Shown here: piece after piece, positions 9,868-22,800 of the stretch
Layout of the letters: each line of letters opens with the position of its first letter
Position numbering within the stretch: the first letter of the stretch is position 1
Origin: a virus
Virus record (IMG/VR): IMGVR_UViG_3300044643_001926
Span: 5,907 to 69,906 of that record
Reading direction: 5' to 3' (one strand)
Length of the DNA stretch: 64,000 nt
Notes under the pieces: generated by a model
What the model was told of the DNA's origin: nothing
Seen by the model: the letters and a program-made list of their open reading frames with translations, nothing else
Database searches by the model: none
Translations under genes and position numbers: made by a program

Positions 9868-12071
9868 GCATGGGGGTTATCGCAGGAGTAGCTACCGTCG
9901 TCGGCGCCGGAGTCGGAGTCGCAGGGGCGTTGGGGGCCTTTGGAGGTGGGGGCGGTGGTGGGGGCGGAAGTATGTCCGGCATCTCCAAAGCCCAGATGGA
10001 TCAGTATATAGCCGACACTAGAGCCGATGGAAATCGCCTGATTTCTCAAGTTGGCCGTATTGCCAACAAACTCCAAACCGACGTAGCCAGCCTTGGGTCG
10101 GCTTACGCCAAAGACGCCAACAACCAAGAGAAACAGGCGATCGAGCGAATCAACCGGGCCAACGAAATCCTTCAATCTCAGGCCAGTGAGCGGTCCGCCA
10201 CGTTCGCTCAAGACATTCAACGTGCTATCGACGATCTCGCTTTTGGAACTGAGGTTCTAAACCTCGGTTCGCGGGCTGACACTTTAACCCAGCTAAATGC
10301 GTTCAAGACCGAAGTCCAAGACATCGAGAAGGCGGCACTGGAGCGGGTTGGGGTAGCTTTGGACCGCGCTGATGCCGACACGGCGAGTCTCAATCAAGAT
10401 TTCCAGTCCCAGACTGGGGCGCTCGGTGACAGATTTGCCGAAGCCGGAAAGACTTTCCGCGAAGATTCCGATGCGCTTACCCGCGAAAACCAAGCGGACA
10501 TTCAGCGGTTCCAAGCGGATTCGGGAGCATTGGGCGATCAAGCAAGAACCGACGCCCAGACTTTTCGCAGTGATTCACTCGCAGCCGGAGACCGTTTCCG
10601 CAAGGATCTTGAGGATTTTCAGTCAGGGTCAAAATCACTCGGGGACTTATTCCTCGATCGCGCCTCGCAAGCCCAACAACAGTATTTGAGCACGATGGGC
10701 CAAGCTACGTCTACAGACTCATCGCGAGTTCTTCAATTCACCCAAATGGCCGATCAGCTTTCCCAAGCCGCCGTCCAGACCCGTGCCAATATGTTAGCGA
10801 CCGCCGATCCTCGCGGCGTGGAGCTTTCGCAGATGGCAGATGAGAACGCCGCGGCGATGTTGCAGGGGCGCATCGGTGCTGATGTGCAAGCGAGCCTGTC
10901 CCGATCGAGCGCGATGCGTGCTTTGCAGGGTGGGTTCGGGGCGTCGAGTGAGATGGGCCGAGGGCTAACGGCGCGTGATCTTGGTCTGACTTCGCTTGAT
11001 CTCCAGCGCCAAGGGGCGGCACTCAACGATTCCCAGCGGACGCTCAACTACAACACCCGTGTCGCAGGTCTACAATCTGATGCCGGAGCGTTGATGCGCG
11101 ACAACAATGCACTGTTAAGTGAACAAGGGCGCACGCTACTTGGTTCACAGATGCAGACCGCTGAAATCGACCGCAACCAGCGGCAAGCTGGGCTGGATAG
11201 CTTTTTAAAGGGAGCAGAAAGCGACCGCAACCAACGGCAGGGTGTTTACGATTCTGTGCTTCGCGCTTCCGATGCGGAACTTGCAAGGCGGCAAGGGGCT
11301 CTGACGACTTCTTTGGGTGCCCAGCAAACAAACTCCGCCCGCCGACAAGGTGTTTTCGACACCGGACTGCGAGCCGCCGAAAGCGATCGCAACCAGAGGT
11401 TCGGTGCCTTGGAGCGCGGATTCCTGACGCAGGCCGACAACGTCGGATCCCGTCGCGATGCGGCCGTCGGGTTGGCGCGGGACATCTACGGCACTCGCAC
11501 CAATGTCGCGGGAACCGCGCTAAATGAAAACCTGTCCAATCTCGGCGACATTTACAGTAACCGCTACCAGACGGTCGGCAATATTTTCAACACCCGCACG
11601 GCGCTCGGAGAGCAGATGTTCAAGACGGGGATCGGGTTGTCGAGTGACATGTATAGCAGCGCGGTAAACGCCTCGTCGGATTTCTACGGCACCAATGTCA
11701 ACGTGGCCGGTAATATATTCGGAACGACCTCTGCGGCGTCGACCAACGCGGCTAATCTGCGTGCTCAAGCCGAGCGTGATCGGCTTGACGCTATGACCCG
11801 CGCCCGCGGTGCCGCGGCAGGGACAATGGCGGCGGCGGCACAACAGGACTTACTCAACAACCAACAAAATACCGCTTCAAATAACGCGATGTGGGGTTCG
11901 CTGGCCAACACTGGAGCTTCACTAGCGGGGAGCATTTTCGGGAATATGAATTTCAGTGGCGGCGGTTTTGGGAAAAATAGGACAGGGACACCTTCATTTG
12001 GTGGCACTTACAACACTAACACTTACAGCGCCAGCAGCAGACCTGTCGCTGTTCCGGCGGGGATGCGCTAA
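9864..12071 (+). CDS. putative internal virion (ejection) protein
   Basis: Hydrophobic Gly/Ala N-terminus, coiled-coil Ala/Gln-rich body, repeated '(AE)SDRNQR'; located before the giant virion protein. Confidence 0.6.
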   Translation: MSMGVIAGVATVVGAGVGVAGALGAFGGGGGGGGGSMSGISKAQMDQYIADTRADGNRLISQVGRIANKLQTDVASLGSAYAKDANNQEKQAIERINRANEILQSQASERSATFAQDIQRAIDDLAFGTEVLNLGSRADTLTQLNAFKTEVQDIEKAALERVGVALDRADADTASLNQDFQSQTGALGDRFAEAGKTFREDSDALTRENQADIQRFQADSGALGDQARTDAQTFRSDSLAAGDRFRKDLEDFQSGSKSLGDLFLDRASQAQQQYLSTMGQATSTDSSRVLQFTQMADQLSQAAVQTRANMLATADPRGVELSQMADENAAAMLQGRIGADVQASLSRSSAMRALQGGFGASSEMGRGLTARDLGLTSLDLQRQGAALNDSQRTLNYNTRVAGLQSDAGALMRDNNALLSEQGRTLLGSQMQTAEIDRNQRQAGLDSFLKGAESDRNQRQGVYDSVLRASDAELARRQGALTTSLGAQQTNSARRQGVFDTGLRAAESDRNQRFGALERGFLTQADNVGSRRDAAVGLARDIYGTRTNVAGTALNENLSNLGDIYSNRYQTVGNIFNTRTALGEQMFKTGIGLSSDMYSSAVNASSDFYGTNVNVAGNIFGTTSAASTNAANLRAQAERDRLDAMTRARGAAAGTMAAAAQQDLLNNQQNTASNNAMWGSLANTGASLAGSIFGNMNFSGGGFGKNRTGTPSFGGTYNTNTYSASSRPVAVPAGMR

Positions 12072-12077
12072 CATTTT

Positions 12078-12494
12078 ATGTCGTCTTTCATCCAACCTGT
12101 CAGACCGATCGACACCGCACCGCCCTGGAACTGGAATCCGGGGCAGACGTTTGTCGACGCTTTCAATGAGTCTCGTCTTACGAAAGCGAAAGCAGATCAG
12201 TTGCAGATGGAAGCTGAACTTGAGCAGCTTCTTTTCCCCGTAGCGCAAAAGAAAGCCGCCTTGGAGTTGGATAAGATGCAGTTCGAAGTCGAGCGTCAGT
12301 CTTTGATGCTCGACATGGCTCGTGATGCACAAAGGCAAGTTCACCGCTCTCAAATGAGTGGGCTGACTGGTGGTAGTGGCGGCGGTAACAATGCTCCGGC
12401 TACCAATGCACAGCAGCCTCCGGCTCAACCACGTTTCCGGCCGTTCGGGACTTCAGCACCTCAAACCAGTCAAGAGGAGATGGTGACCATCTAA
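12078..12494 (+). CDS. hypothetical (probable internal virion) protein
   Basis: 138-aa ORF in the operon. Confidence 0.55.
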   Translation: MSSFIQPVRPIDTAPPWNWNPGQTFVDAFNESRLTKAKADQLQMEAELEQLLFPVAQKKAALELDKMQFEVERQSLMLDMARDAQRQVHRSQMSGLTGGSGGGNNAPATNAQQPPAQPRFRPFGTSAPQTSQEEMVTI

Positions 12495-12498
12495 AGCT

Positions 12499-13857
12499 AT
12501 GGATGATCTCAAACAGTTTATCTATTCGCAGCCGAATCCTCGCACGGGGAAAAACTATGCCCCAGGGGAGCAAATCCCAAAGAGTGAGTATGCCGCTCTT
12601 ACCGCAAAGTTTGAGGGCGCTTCGGCTCCTGCGGCGGATATGTCTAGTTTCACCGGAGGCAAACCGAATCCGCTGACGAATCTACCCGAAGCCCCAGCCT
12701 ACGAACCCCAAACCTTGAGCCTGACCGAGCAGGAAATGCAACCGACGCTGGTGTCGGAAAACCCAGTCGTTCGTTTTGCGGAGAGCCAGCCTGAACCCCG
12801 AGCGCAAGCACAACAGGCTCCGGCCGCACAAGCTGCCCCGCAAGATGACTTCTACAACTGGACCACGAATACCTACAAAGAAGATCTGCAAAGGTATAAG
12901 GGCGACTTGGCCGCACTGACCGAGGAACTCAACCGAGGGCAGATCAAGACACCGCAGTTTCTCTCACGGAAAAAGCTGTTGGAGAGTGAGTTCAGCCCGG
13001 TGATCGCCAGTGCCATCCCGAATTTCGATTCACAGCAGCAAGCTCTTTTCAAACAACTGACGGATGCCGGAGTCGCTTCTGAAGATGCCGTTTTCCAAGT
13101 CGGCTCGATGCGGCGTGCCAACACTGGGGGATCCGTCGACCCCAAGGTTTTGGATGAGACGATGAACCAATCCAGCTACCGCTTAACTCAGCTTCTTGGG
13201 GGTGGGCTTGATGAAAATGCTCCGGAAGTAAAGTTGGAGCGGGAAAACTTAAAGCGGCTCGGGCAGCAGCGTTTGGGGATCAAAGAGACTCCCGAAGGTC
13301 TTTTCATGGATGTGGAGACCAAACGTCAAATGATCCCAGTCTATGCGGCGAACAAACGACCATTCGAGGGGCGTGATGATTACGACAATATCAGCGCCGA
13401 ATTGACCGATGCCCAGTTGGCCGCAGGTATGGAGGGTCTGAGAAGCGGCAGCAAAATGTTCGTGAACATGAACTCTTATGCCAAGACCAAGGATGGACGA
13501 CTTACGTCCTCTGCTTTTGAGCAGTATAAAACCGATGTTACTGAAGCGAAAAAGCTCTTTGGGCAAGCGGTCGTATTCGACGGCAATAAGTTTAATGTAA
13601 CGGGTAAGGGTGAAGGTGAAGTCCCGGCGACCCCGGAGGAGGTTGCCACAACTCCTGTTCCGGTCGAAGGACCAGCTAGTGCCAAAGTCGTGGCTAAAAC
13701 CCTACGCGATATAGGCAAAGCCACTGGCATGGAAGATCCGCCGCACATCTACGCAGCAAAGATGTATGAACGATATGTGAACAAGCCGTTTACGGACGCC
13801 GCTTGGCCTTGGGTCCGGACGTTTCTCCAAGAATTGAAGCAACCCGCAGGGCAATAG
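12499..13857 (+). CDS. hypothetical (probable internal virion) protein
   Basis: 452-aa ORF in the operon. Confidence 0.6.
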   Translation: MDDLKQFIYSQPNPRTGKNYAPGEQIPKSEYAALTAKFEGASAPAADMSSFTGGKPNPLTNLPEAPAYEPQTLSLTEQEMQPTLVSENPVVRFAESQPEPRAQAQQAPAAQAAPQDDFYNWTTNTYKEDLQRYKGDLAALTEELNRGQIKTPQFLSRKKLLESEFSPVIASAIPNFDSQQQALFKQLTDAGVASEDAVFQVGSMRRANTGGSVDPKVLDETMNQSSYRLTQLLGGGLDENAPEVKLERENLKRLGQQRLGIKETPEGLFMDVETKRQMIPVYAANKRPFEGRDDYDNISAELTDAQLAAGMEGLRSGSKMFVNMNSYAKTKDGRLTSSAFEQYKTDVTEAKKLFGQAVVFDGNKFNVTGKGEGEVPATPEEVATTPVPVEGPASAKVVAKTLRDIGKATGMEDPPHIYAAKMYERYVNKPFTDAAWPWVRTFLQELKQPAGQ

Positions 13858-13888
13858 AAGATGGCGTCTTAGTGCGCTATATTAACGG

Positions 13889-16800
13889 ATGCTTGCCGCA
13901 GATGAAATTAAGAGGCTTCTGGCTGTAGCTAACGAGCCTCTCGAAGACGAAGAAGACAACCAGGCAGTAGCCGCCCCCGAGCCACGGCTCGATTTTGCCA
14001 CTCGGCCAGAGTCCTTTGCCAGTTTGGATAACCGTCCGGCCGAGCAAGAAGCCGAAGATGAAGAGGGTGCTATCGCGATCGAGGACGCACTGGCTTCGGT
14101 GGGAGCATTTCAAACACCTGAATATCGCACGCCAAGAACTCTTACTGAGGAGTTCTCAACAGGATTAGCCAGAGGAACCGACCAGACCCAAGGTCTCGGC
14201 TACGGGTTGGTCGGCCTCATGGGGCAGACGCTTGGCGTCGAGGGGATGGAGAACTACGGGCTGGAGAATTACGTCCGTAAGATGGAAGAGGCCGCGCAAA
14301 ACCAAGCTACAGTGCAGGATCCCTTCGAGGAGATTGGCGGGCTGGGGGATGCGGCGACTTATGCGGCTGGGTTACTTGGTGAGCAGATCCCGCAGTTACT
14401 TGTCTCGGCCGTCGGTGGTGGCGTCGGTGGTTTTGCCGCGAAGACGGTGGCGAAGAAAATTGTGGCCAATGAGATTGGCAAGCGGGTGGCTGCGGGGTTG
14501 GCCAAAGAGGTCGCGGAAAAAGAAGTGGCCGGGATGGTCGCGAAAAGAATGCTTCTCGGTGAGGGGGCTGAACTCATCAATAAAGCAGCTACCCGAGGAG
14601 CTATCGGCGGTGCTTATGCCGCCAACTTCGGTCAGATCGCGGGTGGGAGCTTCGGTCAGATCGCCCAAGAGACGGGTGAAGGTGATGCCTTGGCGGCGGC
14701 AGCTTTTGCAGTGCCAGGAGCGGCACTCGATACTTTGGGTGAGGTCTTTATCGCGGGGAAATTTCTCAAGCCTTTCACGAAGACGGGACGGGCGGCAGCA
14801 GAGGGTGTCGATGCGGCGACGGGGATCTCGTTCCCCGGCCGTGTGGCCCGCAGTGTAGGCGTCGGTCTTCCTGCTGCGGCAACCTTGGAAGGTGGCACCG
14901 AGTATGTGCAGACCGGATTGGAGCAAGCCGCTCTCGGTGCGGCGGACCCCAATCGCACGATCGAAGAAGTTGTCGGCACCCCCGAAGCCGAACGTGAACG
15001 TCAGATCGCCGCGGTTGCTGGAGCCACGGTCGGTGGCGGTCTCGGTGGCGCTGGCAGTGTCATCGAAGCACTGGCTCCGCAGACGGCGGAGAAGTTGCGC
15101 CGAACTACCCAGCCTAAACCAGTCAACCTCCCTGGAGATCCGGAGTCGGGGCAACCGCTCTCAGTCATCGAAGGGAACTGGTCAGAGCCGAAGACGCTTG
15201 GTGGTTTTGAGTTCCGTCGTAATGAGGCGGGACAGGTGGCGATCTTTAATCCGGACCCCGAGAGGTTCGGCAAGCTACCGCGGTTTTCGACGCCGCAGGG
15301 TGAAGTGTTTTCGCCGATTGATGGTGTCGAGTATCTCAATCTCCCGACAAAATCAGACAAGGTTTTAGCGCAACGTGCTCGTGGGCTGTTTGACGATGAT
15401 GAGGTCGGATCGACACCCGTAAAACGCACCCCGGTCCAGAAACCTAAACCGCGCACCCCGTCGCGTGAAGCGGTGCTCGATGATGGTCCGGATATGACGC
15501 CGGCTGGTCAGGCGGTGGGATCCAATGTGCGGTTCAATGGTTACGAAGGATCGTTGGCTCAAGACGGTGCGAGATTTTTGCTGCGGGGTAATGATGGCAC
15601 GGAGGTCGAAGTTCCTGCGGAGAGTGAAGTCGAGATCGTTGCGGCCCCTGCGCCGACTCGTCTAACAACTACGTCGATCCCGGCCGTGCAGACTCCGCCG
15701 GTCGAACAACCGGCACCGATGCCCGACCTCGCGACGATGGGTGCGGAGGAAATTTCCAAAGCGGCACTGGCCCGTCCTGAAGTCTCGGTCGTGGACCAAG
15801 CAGCGGAGACGGCTGAGACCTTGGACCGCAATGCGGTGACCTTGCTGCAAGATGCACGGACCACGCTGGAGAGTTCGATCGGGGAGATCGAGCGCCGGGA
15901 GTTGGCACCGGAAGCCAAGAGCACGCTGACCGAGCCGCTGTATCAAAAGCTCGTTCAGGTCGAAGACACTTTAAGCAAAGCGCCGGCCGAGGCGACGGCA
16001 CTCGATGCGGAGATTCAGAAGAGCAAGCAGACGATCGCCGATACCAAAGTCGAGCAGGTCAAAGTCGCACAGCAAACGGTCAACCGTCCTCCGGATCAGT
16101 CGCGCCAATTTGTCGAGAGCCTGCAACCCAAAGACAAAGTGACGGTCTACCTCTCGGACGAGAAAGCCGATGACTCGCTTTCGTTCGGTGCGACTTTCGA
16201 AGCCCGCCGTCCGAACGGCAACGTGGTCGTGGTGACCGAGCCGGATGCCGAGGGCAACCAAGAGAAGCTCGTCTTTACTCCGCAGCAATACAACCGGCTC
16301 GGGATGTTCAAGCAGCCTGCGCCAAAGCAGTCGCCGGTCGATGTCGCCGTTAATTCGGTGCTCGGACCGAAGCCGACCAAGGCGAAAGCCGAGCGCGTCT
16401 TTGGGACACCTTACCAAGAAGGCAAACCCCAAGAGGCATTTTTCGATGACGGGCTTTATGCCAATCCTGGTAAGACGAACAAGGTGCCGGGCGAGGTGCG
16501 CTACTTCGACAAGGAAGGTGAGCCCGGGGTCAAAGAGGTCGTAAACTTCGGCAAGTGGCAGGGCAACTCCCGGGGCACGCTCTTCACCACAGTGCGTCAG
16601 ATGAACCTCGGACTCGATGTCCCGGTGCCGGATGACCAACTTCAGAATCTTCCCGAAGGTGTGCAGGTAGAGCCGCGCACCATGAAGAACGGTCAGACCG
16701 CCAACGTCGTGACCAAGGTCGTCTACAACGGCAACACGTATCGCCGCGGGGATGCCGCCTATGACTTTTCGGTGAACGGGGAGAACACCGGCCCGGGAGG

Positions 16801-19800
16801 TTTCGACAATATCTATTTCAACTCACCCGAGCGTTTGCTCCGCAGTGAGCGGGCTCGCAAGGGCAAGCAGACGCAGAAAGAGAAGGCGGGCAAAACTGTC
16901 GGTTCGGTGCAGGCGAAACTGGAAAGCCTCGACGAGGCCGATCAGTTCTTTGTCGGCGATGCACGGGCACGGGCTGCACGGTTCATTGATCGTCGCAGCG
17001 ACCTCGATCCCGAGGCCAAGGCGATGGCTTCCGACGAAGCCGATGCCTCGATCATCGAACAGGTGGCCGGCCGCGATAAGAAGGGTGTGCCTCCGGTGCG
17101 CGATCTCGCGCTCTTCAAAAGGTTCAACAGCCGGATGCTCGATATCTTCGAGAGCAATCAGGAGAACGAGACGGGAGCCGATACCGGTCGCGATGTGCAG
17201 GAAGCAGCGCGTCAGATCACCGAGGAACTCGTGGCCTCGGGACAGACCGCAGCACAGGCATCGGCCGCGGTCGAGCCGATCGTGAAGCGTTGGCAGAGCT
17301 ACGGAGATTTCAGCCCGATCAAGACGGCGATGACCAAGGCGCAGAGCGCCAAGAAATCGGCGGTGCGGACCGGACGTAACCAGCGGGCGGCAGAGGCCGA
17401 TCTCGCCGCGGGGACGACCGGAGATGCGCGGCCCCAACAGACTCCGGCCGAGAGGTTTGCCGAGCGGACCAGTGATGAGGCGATGGCCGGCCGGGAGCGT
17501 CTTGGCCGTGTTGTCGGTGAGGATCGCGACCTCCTTGATGCCTATTGGGCTGAAGAAGAATTGAGCGAAACTGACCGGCAACGTGTCGAAGATCTGCTAG
17601 AGTATATCCAAGGCAACAAGACTTATGAGCAAATCAACCAAACAACCGAACAAGGTTCAGCAATACTTTCTAGAGAACCCAGAGATGGCGACAATCTTCG
17701 CCGGGATGCGGTTGCAGAAGGACGTGCCGGAGGACTTGCGGAAAGCCGTGGGCGAGGACGCAATCAAGCGGGCGCTGGACGGGGACGTAACCGTGTGGGC
17801 CGAACTGATGGTGGCCAAGCCGGAACTGTTCCGGGAGCGGCCCCTGTCGCTGGTGGAAGATCTGGCTTGGGAGGAACTCCTGACCAACGGAACGCCAGCA
17901 CCGCGAGGCGAGCCTTCGTCGGCTCCTTCATCGGCGACCGCAGTCTAGTCGCCGGCCTCTCTGAGGCAGTCGTCGAGAAGATCTACCAAGCAGTCTCGAC
18001 CACCCTCGACGCTCTCGCCGCGACCAAGGGACGCCGCGTTGTTGCCGCGACCGAGGCGAACATGGCCGACCTGATGGGTCGATCAGTTGAAGAACTCGTC
18101 GCCGGATACCAAGAGGAATTTTCCAGTTACATGGCCAACCGTGAGCGGATCGATGCAATCCGCCGCAACGCGCAAGAGGCCGTGCGTAGCCGGATCTTCG
18201 AAGGTCCGAAGGCCGCGCTTGAGTTCATGGCGCAAGATGGCGACCGACCGGCGTTCATGCGGATGATTGCCAAGGTCGTCTTGAGCCAGGGTCAGCGGTT
18301 CGGTCTCAACATTGATGACATCGCGATGCAGGTCGGCATCTTCCGCCGCAACTTCGCGACCCAGCCTTTGCGCGGTGAAGAAGTGCGGGCTCGGGTGCAG
18401 GAAGTTCAAGGCGAGGAAGGTGAGGGTGTCTTCGAGGTGACCACTCCGGACGGCGTGGAGACTTATGCTTTCGGCGGTGAGTCGGGGCGCACCCGCAAAC
18501 AAGCCGGCAAAGAAGCCCGGGCACGGGCGTTCGATCTTGTGACCGGACAGACGCGGACCTCTTGGGCCGGTGTGCTCGGAGTCGACGAGAACGCGACTTC
18601 GCCAGTCGGCCGCTACTCGGTCGTGCTCAACCTCGATAACTGGCATGAGGCCGATGACATCGGACTAACCATGCTGCACGAGATCGCCCATGTGTTCTCG
18701 AAAACAAAGTTCGCCGGTCTGGAGAAACTCAACACCGTCGAGAAGGCCGCGATCAAAGGAATCGAAGCCTTCCGTGTGCGGATGCTCAAGGCTGTCGCCC
18801 GGACCAATGGTCTCGAAGTGCCTGCGGGTAATAACCCCACAACACTGGCGCAGTTGAGCCGTCAGGTCGATGACCTCTCCAACCCGAACGTGGTCGGAGC
18901 CGACGCCGACCGGCGCTTTGCCTATCTGGTCAATGCCGAGGAGACCGCCCGCGGGCTCATGGAGAGCCCGGAATTTCTCAAGCTCGCCCTGCAACTCGGG
19001 CTCGGTAAAGCCAAGACCAAGGGCAAGAAGACCTCGCTGTCCGGTCCCGTGGCCGAGGCTTGGGGCGACATCGTCGATCTCAACTCGGGCAAGAAGACCG
19101 CGGAGACGAGCCCGCTCGCGACCGCTTTCCAAGATGCGTGGGCCGCGACCTTCGGTGCTCTCGAAGGCACGACCGAGGGCTATGCCAAACCTCCGATCGG
19201 AGCGAACCCCTTGGCCCAGGATCTCGCCGCCTTGGATCAAGCAACTAATTTTATTGAAGACCAGATCATCACCCGGGGACTGACTGGCACGACCGCGGAA
19301 CGTGAAGCCTTGCTGCAAGAGTTCATGGCTGCACGGAACATGGTTCAGGGTGCAGAGGCAGTGGTCGAGGAAGCGGACGCCGATGTCGATACGCTGGCTG
19401 ATCCGTTGACGATGAGCCGGGCTGTGACGCCCCAGATGGATCGCGAGTATCTAGCCGCCGTCGAGCGCGGGGACATGGAGACGGCGCAGCGGATGGTGGA
19501 TGAGGCAGCTAAAGCAGCGGGATATAACATTGGCCCTGTGTGGCATGGCACAGACGCATATTTTTCGACTTTTGATAAAGACAAACTTGGCTCTGTATCC
19601 GAATCTTCAGACGCAGCATTAGGGTTTTGGTTTAGTGAAAGTGAAGAGAGAGCTTGGATGGCTAGATCAGACGCGATGCGTGCTTCTGGAAATACTGTGG
19701 CACCACCGCCTCTACGAGTGTCTCTAAAATTAGATGCTCCATTTACTGTCGATGAGTCTATAAAAAATTATACTTCCGAGGACACCGCAAAAATTATAGA

Positions 19801-22800
19801 GGACGCCGCAGATAAAGGGCATGACGGTGTAATTTTTTTACAGGGGGAGGCGATTGGAAAAGATGTCATCGCGTTCGAGCCAAATAAAATCAAGCGAACC
19901 GATGCCATAACACGAGACAACCGCAGAAACGTCATCCCGCTGAGTCAGCGGTTCAACGAACAGAGCCCGGACATTCGTGAATCCCGAGCAATTTCTAACG
20001 AAAGCCGCGAGGCTTTGTCTAACCAAGGAGCAACCAATGACAGAAGAAACCAACCTGCCCTACAAGCGACCACCCCAGGGGTGGGATCCGCAAGTGGAGG
20101 CGTCCAAGTTCAAAGGCAAGCAGTTCGGCCCAACGCCGAGCCAAACCCCTTCGTCCAAGAAGGAGTCAGTGCCTACAACGCCCGTTACGGGCTCGGCGAA
20201 GTAGTCCGCGGGCACTACGCCCCAGTCGACGAACAACGTGCTCGCAGCATCGCTGCGGCCTATGACGCACTCCCGGTCCTCGATGAAGGTCGGGAGACTC
20301 AGGATGCCTACCGGCAACTGGGCTTCGAGATCCAGCAGCAGTGGGACTATGCCATCAATACGATGGGAGTCACCTTCGAGCCGTGGACAACCGAGGGGCA
20401 ACCCTACGCCAATTCCCGGGAGATGGTGCGCGATGTCCGGGACAACAAACACTTGTGGTTTTTCACGGGCGGTGAACCGCACCCGCTCCTCAACCAGCCC
20501 GATGCCGACGGGCTGACGATGAATGACAAGCTGCGGGCGATCCACGATCTCTTCGGTCACGCAGCCGAGGACTACCAGTTCGGAGCCCGCGGCGAGGAGA
20601 ACGCCTGGATCAAGCACAGCCAGATGTTCACCCCGCTGGCCCAGAGGGCGCTGACCACCGAGACCCGGGGGCAGAATTCCTGGGTCAACTACGGGGCTCA
20701 CAACTACGCGACTGATGGAACACGGATCAAGGTTCCTGCTTCCGAGCGTCCTTTTGCTACGCAGAAGGTGGCCCTTCTCCCCGAGGATGTCATGGATTGG
20801 CGGGGTGCCTTGGCTGCGGACACTGTGACGGAGTCCCGGGCGGTGGCTGTGAGTCCCGCCGATGTTGCCTCGGTGATCCGGAACGCGGGCGGCATCACCG
20901 TGGACATCTGGACTGGGGATCAGCCCGGAACCGGATATATCGTGGCTCCTTTCAAGGAGACCGAGACCCGGATTCTTTTGAACGATTTCGCCCCTTCAGA
21001 TGTCAGATCCTTTATCCAACGCTTCAAGGGTCTTCTTGAAGTGAATGGGATGCACTTGGGCGGTTGGATTTCCGGCCAGCAAGTGTATCTTGATACCTCG
21101 ATAGTCACTAATGATGAACTCACCGCAACCCTCATCGCCCAAGACGGCAACCAGCTTGCCATCTTCGACCGCGCCAATTTCATCGAAATCCCTACCCGGG
21201 ACCTCGTTGAGCGATATGGTCGAGGCATCGGCGAAAGCCGCAGCCGAGTTGAATACCAAGATCTCGCTCGGTCTCTTAGGGAAGCGAAAGACCGAGTCCT
21301 GGGAGGAGTTCGAGGATCGGGCCGTGCAAATGTTTCGGGACAAGGGACTCTTCAAGAAGGAGCAGGTCTAACCAATGAAAGCCTCACGGAAAGTCGCGCC
21401 ACCTCGGCCAGCCCCAACCTCATCTATCAAGATTCCGAAGGAGAGCTTCGAGGACGACCGCGAGAGACAACTAATCAAGGATACCTACGAAGCACGCTTC
21501 TACGCCTTGAAGAATCCGCCAACCAGGGCCGAGATCTTGGCGCAGGCGAGAGCTTCAGGTTTCGTGCCGACACTAGCGGGGAAACCGATCAAGGGTTAGA
21601 ACAGCGCCGTCGCGCTCAAGCTGCGGCTGCTTTCGAGGAACTTGCCGCCATCCTCGAGGAACAGGGGCTCATACTAGACCCTGAAAGTTTCGAGAACACA
21701 GTCATCGAAGGCCGGGATAAGATCGGCGACGGTTCCGAGCACCAAGTCCACTCGGACAAGCCGACCAACCGTGTCATCAAATACACCAACCCGGATGTGA
21801 CCGGGAGCGGGGTGGTCGGTCAATCGCTCAATGTTTTCGATTACCTCAGAAACCTCGCCGCTCAGAACGAGATCTTCGGCGATGACATTAGGTTAGAGGG
21901 GATCGTTAATCTCGGAGAACCCTTCCCCAGAGTCGTCATCTCGCAGTCGTTCGTCAAAGGCCGTGACTCGACGCCGAAAGAAATCGACGCCTATCTCAAA
22001 GGTAGGGGGTTCGAGAAACAGGAAGACGGTTCATGGATCAGGGTTCGTGATGGACAGATCCAGCGCGTCTGGGACGCGGTTCCCGGCAACCTGAAGACGG
22101 TCAAAGTCGGTAAGAAGTCGACAGTCGTTCCGTTCGACGTTCAGATTTCGGTCGAGTCGGTGGCTGCTGAGAGCCGGGTGGAAGAATCCCGCGCCCGCGG
22201 CCGAGTCTGGCGTCCGGTGACCCGTCGCACCCCAACGGGAGGCACGATCAGCCGCGGCGGTATGTTTGCCGTCGACGAGCTTCTCGATAAGCGGGCCGGA
22301 GATCTCTACCGCTCAAGCCGGATGGCGATCAAAGTCGATGTGTCGAAAATCCAAGACCTCTCCCGGGTGTTGGAGCGGCAGATTAAAAATTTCTACAAAG
22401 GTGAGACACCGCCCCTGGAGACGATCAACACGGCGCTCGGTAACTTGGACAACCCGCTCACCGAGCAGCAGATCGGCGAGATCGAAGATTTGCGGGCTCG
22501 CGGGTTGACCAATCAAGCCGCCAAGAAGCGCGACCAGTATATCCGCGACAACCGCCGCAACTTTAAGCAGAACAAACAGACGCAAGCCTTGGCCCAGTTG
22601 CCGGAAGAACTGGCTGAAACAATCCGCGAGATGTCCTCGCACATCGAGTCGCTTTCGCGTGAGTTGCCGCGGGAAGGTTTGGTTAATGGCGACTTGGCGA
22701 TCACAGTCGATGAGGCACTCGGGACCTATCTTAATCGTAGCTACGCAATTTTCGACGACCCGTTGTGGGGCGACCGTGTGCGAAAAGATGCCAAGGTCAT

